Shown here one piece after another: positions 28,301 through 32,000 of a stretch of DNA of 32,000 nt. Below the pieces are notes generated by a model. The model was not told the DNA's origin. It worked only from the letters and a program-made list of their open reading frames with translations, and ran no database searches. The position numbers and the translations under genes were made by a program. This stretch comes from Elusimicrobiota bacterium. GTDB taxonomy: Bacteria > Elusimicrobiota > Elusimicrobia > UBA1565 > UBA9628. The DNA is taken from positions 1-32,000 of the forward strand of contig DAHXMM010000022.1 of assembly GCA_027371715.1 (NCBI GenBank), written 5' to 3'. How positions within the stretch are numbered: position 1 is the stretch's first letter; the number at the start of each line of letters is the position of its first letter.

Positions 28301-31300
28301 CATCGCCGTCAAATCGCCCTGATCAACGGTGACCCCCGAGCCGTAAACCTGATTAGCCATGGCCTGATAATAGGTGGCGAGGAGGTTTACCGTCCCTAAA
28401 GACCCGGGATCGTATTGACTAATCTTGATATTGTAAAAATTGATTCCCTCTTGGAGAACGGACTGCAAAGAATTGAGCATCGCGATTTGATTGGCGTAAA
28501 CCGTCGCGGTTGGGGGGCTATTGCCACCTGAGTTGATGTAAGCCTCGTCCTGCTTTAATTGCGCTTGAGCGCTGTTTAAAGCGGCGGTTGCATCATTTAA
28601 GAATTTTTCAGCTTGGGGAATCTCGGTCGCGAGTTCCTGCTGGGAGCTCTGAACCGTCGAAAAGGAATAGAGAAAGCGCGCGATTGAGAAAGAAATCGAA
28701 GGAGAATTGGCGCTGCTTCCGGATGACGGCGCCAAGATTTTGGCCGCGTCCAAGGCCAAAAGGGCCAACTGTTGAGCGTTAGAAACGGTCGGAGACGGCT
28801 GATGACCGGTTTGAACGGCGAGACCGCCCCCGCCGCCCACATTAATTGAAGACGCTGAGCCCGCTTGGGCCGCGATATTTTTCAGCTCGGAAGCCAAACC
28901 GGTTAAATTCCCGTTGTTAGTCACGGAGAGAGAATAAATCTGATTATAGCCCGCTTGACTCGCCGCGACATTGGTCGGCAATTGATAGGACGAAAGATTG
29001 TATTTCCCGCCCGACAAGGTTTGGATTTTCGTTAGGATTTGGTTAAGTTGCGCATCTTGATCGTTGATTTCCTTGACGCGCTGATCCATTTCAGTCGTGT
29101 AAAGGGTAATTTTTTTCGGGAGGCTGTATGGCCCGCCGCCGGGATAATTACTGTCCTTCAAATAATCTACGGTCTCATTCCCATTAAAATTCGGGTCTTT
29201 TCTCTCGTTGACCTGAGTCAGATTCGTTGAAACCGTCTGTTGAAGATTGGTGAAATTGGTCTGCCAAGATTGCAAACTCGACAAACTGCTGGCGGTGTTT
29301 CCGGAACTGCCGCCTAAAGAGATCAGCCCCCAAGGAATGGTTTTATCGTTGAGTTGTTGAGTTTGGGTAATCAGAGAATTTTCCGCGCTAAAAAGCTCTT
29401 GATAAGCTCCATTGGAAGACACCTGCTGAATGGAAGACTCTTGATAGGGAATGAGCGTGTTTTCCAAGGCGTTTTGAATGTTGTTCAGAGGCGAGATAAT
29501 GTCGTTTTGAAGCAAATTTTCCTTGCGGTTAATAAGCGCCTGCACCGCGTTGGTCGGGGGATTGGCATTGGCATTGGGATATTGGGCCACGAAAGCCTGA
29601 TCGGCCCCAACATCGTTGATGATATTTTGCACCATGTTGACGGCCTGCTTCATGGCGGTCTGGGCTTGGGGAACGGTACCTCGAAGCGCGCTTTGAATGG
29701 TCGTCACGGTCGTCTGGGCCTCGCTTCCTTGAATGACCAGCCAAGCCGCCTGCGGCAAGAGAGAAGCGATTTTCACCAAATCCAGGGAAGCCTGAAAAGC
29801 CTGGGGTGTTCCGTTATTGGGTATCTGTGCGTTTTGAAGAGCCGTTCCATAATTTTGAACCGCGGTTTGGAGTTGGGTCAGAGTCAAACCCGAAAGCCGG
29901 GGCAAGCTCGGCCCTCCAGCCTGACTGATTTGGTTGGCCATTTGATCCATTTGAGAGGTAATGGAGTTAATGGATGATTGCGCTTGGCTCAAGGTTTGGC
30001 TCGCTTGGGCTTCCCAAACCGGCAAAGACTGAGGATAAGAACGCCCAAATTCATCGGTCACCATCGTCTGATTATTGGGGTCTAACATCGCCGCGACCGA
30101 GTTAAGGTCCTTTTGAAAAGTATTGAGTTGCCCTTCCCAGTAAGACTTTCGCGCGCTTAAAATTTCGCTAAAGCTCATCGAGTTGGAAATGCCCGGGCCG
30201 CCCGGAACGTCTTTAATAATGACTGGCCAGGCTTGAGTAGGCGCCGTCTTAATTTCGCTGAGGCCATTCTGCGCTGATTGAAGATTGGTCTGGACCTCGG
30301 TCAAGATATTTTTAAATTCCTTGAGCGAAAATGCCGAGGGATTGTTGGGATTTCCGTTCGTACGCCATTGAGACACCTGTCCCAGTTCCTGCAAACGCAG
30401 TTGAAACTTCGCCTCCAAAGCCTGCGCCTCGGAATCAAAACTTCCGCTCGTAACTCCTTCATGAGAGGCAATGGTCGCCATAACCGAGGGAAGCGCGCCT
30501 TTGACGGAAGTGAAAACTTGGACCGCGGAAGAAGCTTCGCTAAAATCGGAAGAGAGTTGATTTTGTTGGGTTTGATCGGCCTGGGTCTGCTGAGTCGCTT
30601 CCTGCTGCCATTGCGGAAGATTAGACTGCGCCTGTTGAGCTGCCGCTTGGTTTTGTTGCGACAAGGTCTGGGACTGGTCTATTTTCTGGATGTTGGTATT
30701 CAAAAGACCTTCCATCCCGCTGATCGCGTTTTCCGCCGCGTTAATTTCGCGAAGGCCTAGAGCGAAATCCATGACCGCCGAAACCTGGGAAAGGCCTTGA
30801 ATAAAATTCATCATATCCTGCCCGTTCCGGCGATTATTCAGAGCGCTCTCCCGCGCCTTGGAAACGACTTCAAGCACTTTTCCAGTCGCGTCCCGCATTT
30901 TCATCTGGGCCGCGGCATTGGTTCTGAGAGTTCTAATCTCCTTCACCAAGTTTTCGATTTTATGATCCACCTTCAAATCTTCGGGGGAAAGGGGACGTTC
31001 GCTCGGGACGTTTCTCCCCACCTTGCGGTCCAGATTGCTCAATACGGACTTGATCATTCCAGGACGAATTTCCTGATCCTCGGCATAACCGATGCGATTC
31101 TCCGGGCCTCTGCGTTTTTTTGCATCCATCGAAGACAGATCTTTCAGTTTTTGCTTCAATTCGTGAAGATGTTGGTCTGAATTTGAGGCAGGACGGCTTA
31201 AATCATGGTTTTCTGAAAGCTTTGAACGGACATAACGCTCGTTTTGAGCCTGTCGTAATTTGGCCAACCGCGCTCGATAGGCCTTGATTTCACCCGGGGT

Positions 31301-32000
31301 CAAAGGCCGGTTTTGAGTTTTGAGCGCCGCCTCGTCTTTATGAACCGAGGCCAAATCTTTTTGAAGCTTCAGTTCTTGCGCGCGCGCGGCTTTCATCTCG
31401 TCCTTAAAATTTCCCGCCGATTTCTCAAGTTCTTTAAGGCGAGCGTCTATTTCCTTGGGAGTTTTTTTGTAAAGCTCGGAGTCAAACGGAATCGGCTTAC
31501 TGGGAGCGGAAGCCGCCGCTACCACGCCCGCGGCCGCAGCGCCGGCGGTACGGGAGTTGAGAGTGTGCATGACCGCGTCCGACAAGTTAAATCCCAAGGC
31601 CGATTCAACTTTGTAGAGAAGGACATTCCCCCAGGTAATCGCTCCACCAAAAGGAATCACGCTTTGACCTTTAGGGGCTTCAAACGCCGAGAAAAGGCCG
31701 TGAAAGCCGTGAAAGTCGTGCCCCGTAACCGCATGCCAAGAAGGAGTCAGGCTTGTATCAATCTGGGCTCCGTAGGAAAGAATTCCTTGAATCTCGGAAC
31801 CGACGGTCAAAAGCCCCAGGAAAAACTTAAGGTCCTGCCAAATGAAGAATTTCCAAAACTCGCGCGCGAAAACGGCCGAGGCCATGGCCTGGGTCCAACT
31901 TACGGAATCTTCGGGATGTTCGGCTTCAAGACGCCGGCGATGCCAATCCACCGACTGGGGCAAGGTAAAAATGGTCGAGAGAATAAAAGTATTTAATATG
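19325..32000 (-). CDS. Giant predicted surface/envelope protein, at least 4212 aa, 5' end outside the window
   Basis: Uninterrupted ORF of 12.6 kb. The frame has no stop between 31963 and the window edge (...ILNTFILSTIFTLPQSVDW). Long coiled-coil, Gln/Ser/Asn-rich regions, a hydrophobic segment near the N-terminus and a C-terminal hydrophobic helix with KKKKRRKNVL tail. Confidence 0.85.
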   Translation of the reverse strand, partial: ILNTFILSTIFTLPQSVDWHRRRLEAEHPEDSVSWTQAMASAVFAREFWKFFIWQDLKFFLGLLTVGSEIQGILSYGAQIDTSLTPSWHAVTGHDFHGFHGLFSAFEAPKGQSVIPFGGAITWGNVLLYKVESALGFNLSDAVMHTLNSRTAGAAAAGVVAAASAPSKPIPFDSELYKKTPKEIDARLKELEKSAGNFKDEMKAARAQELKLQKDLASVHKDEAALKTQNRPLTPGEIKAYRARLAKLRQAQNERYVRSKLSENHDLSRPASNSDQHLHELKQKLKDLSSMDAKKRRGPENRIGYAEDQEIRPGMIKSVLSNLDRKVGRNVPSERPLSPEDLKVDHKIENLVKEIRTLRTNAAAQMKMRDATGKVLEVVSKARESALNNRRNGQDMMNFIQGLSQVSAVMDFALGLREINAAENAISGMEGLLNTNIQKIDQSQTLSQQNQAAAQQAQSNLPQWQQEATQQTQADQTQQNQLSSDFSEASSAVQVFTSVKGALPSVMATIASHEGVTSGSFDSEAQALEAKFQLRLQELGQVSQWRTNGNPNNPSAFSLKEFKNILTEVQTNLQSAQNGLSEIKTAPTQAWPVIIKDVPGGPGISNSMSFSEILSARKSYWEGQLNTFQKDLNSVAAMLDPNNQTMVTDEFGRSYPQSLPVWEAQASQTLSQAQSSINSITSQMDQMANQISQAGGPSLPRLSGLTLTQLQTAVQNYGTALQNAQIPNNGTPQAFQASLDLVKIASLLPQAAWLVIQGSEAQTTVTTIQSALRGTVPQAQTAMKQAVNMVQNIINDVGADQAFVAQYPNANANPPTNAVQALINRKENLLQNDIISPLNNIQNALENTLIPYQESSIQQVSSNGAYQELFSAENSLITQTQQLNDKTIPWGLISLGGSSGNTASSLSSLQSWQTNFTNLQQTVSTNLTQVNERKDPNFNGNETVDYLKDSNYPGGGPYSLPKKITLYTTEMDQRVKEINDQDAQLNQILTKIQTLSGGKYNLSSYQLPTNVAASQAGYNQIYSLSVTNNGNLTGLASELKNIAAQAGSASSINVGGGGGLAVQTGHQPSPTVSNAQQLALLALDAAKILAPSSGSSANSPSISFSIARFLYSFSTVQSSQQELATEIPQAEKFLNDATAALNSAQAQLKQDEAYINSGGNSPPTATVYANQIAMLNSLQSVLQEGINFYNIKISQYDPGSLGTVNLLATYYQAMANQVYGSGVTVDQGDLTAMNSMMTALQNTMSSLNSTKSELLSWMGQLNSPYDSALHQTSHAISQIQDDTRKVLEANHKWTLLKENLSRADRILRADMDLIGDKQKELINLRLSLTDEEWARVPNQIKQEFDSLHLSDSGWGMGLNSSSGASALVIKKSNFPDFVNNILSSLSGGANASSADIGALGQSILANPQNIAQLIPGAQVMNLGDSADGFYLVYQTGFGVPYGLSSTNQVTLGNVAHVMGSNLSVMAYDTYSPPETGGASNAPWGDKGVGVQVETLRKNNVNYFEAIIHHDILDVPPNMSFASQANESRLLLFNDYAMLLMNGKLYVGLTGFGDAAAQNSANQPYYYGGNAKTSIQLTPVMSLNADQQALFAKDPRQFFETANLDFTGLDPSLNQTFDIAAHGKSANFYETKIGPTFDVASLLKQSGVVSKDDSNPFTVDLYYANYAGTYDITQQTLGTTILKGFTIRGQDSSGRPVDLVRISNTATGELGQQYNIAIDQLSVQLPQNGIVFSATGQMLGPADAYYAQIGKQLTNRTQVSVGYGSPFVGYNNRLSLMFNTSASLSQLWNEVTRSAADDLNGGKALKGYQKRMGAFLKPQKGQKDLNELKAVFAKDVGRRLIEQKIGTLDHDIKDLRSAGAILDNVKVVGDAGFVSGPVSNDPAELAATGGFMSGTETMVTLTKTQKGLLDNKVVSLYKNGLLLQSRLVQLTKDWEESALQIVKARVAVQRAAFLLQNASSVIEKGKAQAQMAEASEKLSEARVRYNIMAGKNPSSPTPFDDLNLADVQNLVKEIHSLVAAPDRLKKILGSLDKKSLKDRIGEDRFNIMDWIPFVDQFTFGIGTQIQDLMAGQIFGMGGTLRLPFYDPSSKDKNKSYLLKSQADIKEMEDIHSQYRLLASNERREADVWGQTAGEMTAALPQTSSELEFAIKAYRNGLISRSELRQAINLWNLNARATVNSQSQAASAGAWAAMDEAVGGKSHSMAPPMSVSDLSGAIQTAFQNSSLEALALHQEEFEALAKADNHVTQKFWINLMIGVDLTATGTGFLPSFGFTGFPILPIPGARFQPEELKELQVKADKGQSAYYGALESKLKVETALQMYQDIVEAKAAQSAIAQIDQQALPALQRELSRAESSGDRAKVSQIKKEIFNAKLSRAQMVLTNDEAHSALNVLMGRPADSVLSIDISPEKAYQQLQETLKEQNLVAAQKTIFQARVQVAKAYQKMVDKNLKVQDVSADPISLTARTIGRLISALSEEDSGRADKVMAARLRLLTEERQQDSFDSHLANLRARDQVRLQMLDSEIQSLSAKGDPFSLAKVEELKGQKAVIQASLLSLGVDSGSSAHSVSMPDSFAALRRRLIDGEEKVARVPRLDSLPPIPAPGFDKAPAEMFMRYFYARQTLDETPINRGFLEPWIELRLKSKGTPEPDLIALAKLSEDKADRLDQIARERAAALADAELAAFAENVRFLKWVQSHQSKETGVDWTGMIDSVRQKTFSQAEEIWALLGLSKAQGQTAEDRLRLLSKLVPEASGAEFSGGEPRLVQEIASPEGKARIAKILGLDALGPSHDKDVFMDQIRADVLSEHMSYQGITPIAAFGIFRGTPVFGGFLEAPDPQEIERGLTNILSDSIREQLKAQGQFEKLEMVLYTQMTRVSGGMKEVQADSRLLAAAIDDLKQKDWTAAHESGSLKAHQDVLDARKNLIQAQEKLIVQSADLKSNFVSLVAELKALGKESQSSDTALSLKNLSLGKQRASGDLNLPKNPSERGLLGYWADRMEDPNFIIRQDRYLHGLGISQQLIDSVDSVARLYRTAIRDSKDVTAEDFSSEERLRLLAQNDARGKRNLLIFSLAALKTEIENKDPQLGFLRRDLERELGSSEQKRTEYSQAALELRNAYWNAVAVSPRAEAAFKSLEADHQQLDLSKAALIDSYFASPLKNDDFILKDGLLDDYLKAQQIFDEDLIRTLDLKEVQGNAELIRTLDALYDVHKSLDRQIDSKESGRGILALDALIMLEKSRLFAERWEGRSEQSINAVALKISELENKRADWLKHGSKLYPLYAQTRVDKDGRRLWAVEGWLTQEELAKRASPAYKGDDQIVDVGGRYFLKSNMKVEFVRGADAFERQKLEANSGVKDDSRVINLAERLSQYDFASEDGQKGYSVQELFGAQGLLSNGKVLFFEAFNSKNPGLLHYRLPALAAWARSPDQYEIYVYTGKTALPSDKFQTLESLKASSVKGDFSRVYLSKKGAGDLMDFFETRRQAELRAGYAELKLAGYGFARNEKGEVSDVYLSRDDFDAAKKAFSDADGGIKEAQIRLIKAAKDLGESDKKEKEAQKIMLEAVRAENEVERSIKEKVLERYPRKNKELAANYAQRIGEETKKELSSNGQYKDAQKRVSFLSKKLDTARDNLKLQKAVFTDAKKQVKEANTIKERSKTWSLYRSRDLILGLDSRGTVLHAQASPVYGRSVLNDRLSPQRADVYVRGPIYAAVMDSEGRLRQYYTSSSGMDQAAKSWTLKSKTIDGKKNIFNAKAKTLNPGLRVSHYEVWVGREGQTQGQIQEEITKVSAAVKKDMPSKQGESPEDYAKRIALEIKARLSKEGIDELPVLLNQRYLEKSAQNVSSHLPFKKYWGVMPWRWGSLIMEVPREIVGFPVEWAGRDPRFQHYLGRVAMYKTEGGETEHHGFFRNIAGALDVLNFLPDPVTPYYDLSQFPSDLRVGRSTLMPGDSEASLSGRYKDANVHFGALFLERLLRYYQEDINAARLRTLAHFNGGVSEFVINEMQGRRKTYEESKKEGSVGEEALAKALSDKEVGLSPRADGSGKIVLSGNPEDIWVNRAQKTVHIEAGAQEYQSDSKEVHGYVNQTEKELPLRKKDLASLKKKQLEIERMRKETAAQDSSVKAAADRLHEDVYGREIRVLSQQEVESRLKSDRARDAALTRQVSWWRRYIRRLEKLEPALQVSFIPHAAISLKDKILSYAAKIMLFLGSAAGVLGTLFKKKKRRKNVL
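24450..26320 (-). other. Outer-membrane-factor (TolC-like) region inside the giant protein
   Basis: Motif-like segments FGMGGTLRLPFYDPSSKDKNKSYLLKSQADI, AIKAYRNGLISRSELRQAINLWNLNARATVNSQSQA, FLPSFGFTGFPILPIPGARFQPEELKELQ and AHSALNVLMGRPADSVLSIDI, with long helical stretches. Boundaries approximate. Confidence 0.45.

Noticed and set aside
31313-31996. 227-aa plus-strand ORF opposite the giant gene (and similar ones such as 21971-22441 and 30278-30760)
   Set aside because: These are antisense to a single continuous coding frame with no recognisable domain, and are explained by the codon composition of the giant ORF.
1-32000. CRISPR array, prophage or transposase
   Set aside because: No regularly spaced direct repeats, phage structural genes or transposase reading frames were seen. 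The only mobile-type signals are the small REP-like palindromes and the RM pair.

Overview
The window looks like the chromosome of a roughly 50% GC bacterium; lineage was not determined. From left to right it holds: the start of acpP and fabG (minus strand); a CbiX-like chelatase, a DCC/lipase-maturation-factor fusion and an SDR (plus); a heavy-metal (Cu/Ag-type) RND efflux operon encoding a small Cys-rich secreted protein, a TolC/CusC-like protein, a CusB-like adaptor and CusA; a type II-like restriction-modification pair (minus); a secreted M3 peptidase (plus); and a tightly overlapping minus-strand block of at least 17.3 kb. That block encodes a giant protein of at least 4212 aa, a C-terminally anchored protein, a lipoprotein, cysteine desulfurase, MnmA and a pseudopilin-like lipoprotein. 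The most unusual signal is in the 292-bp cusB-cusA gap. An atypical tRNA-Glu(CTC)-like gene on the minus strand is followed by a 10-bp GC hairpin whose loop echoes the anticodon arm. Next comes a perfect-consensus promoter (TTGACA-16-TATAAT) that would drive a short RNA of about 58 nt. That RNA would consist of two 11-nt blocks, each perfectly antisense to the tRNA, plus an intrinsic terminator. The second candidate is the giant protein: it is open at the window edge and has outer-membrane-factor (TolC)-like segments embedded in it. All calls come from reading the sequence; no database search or folding was run.
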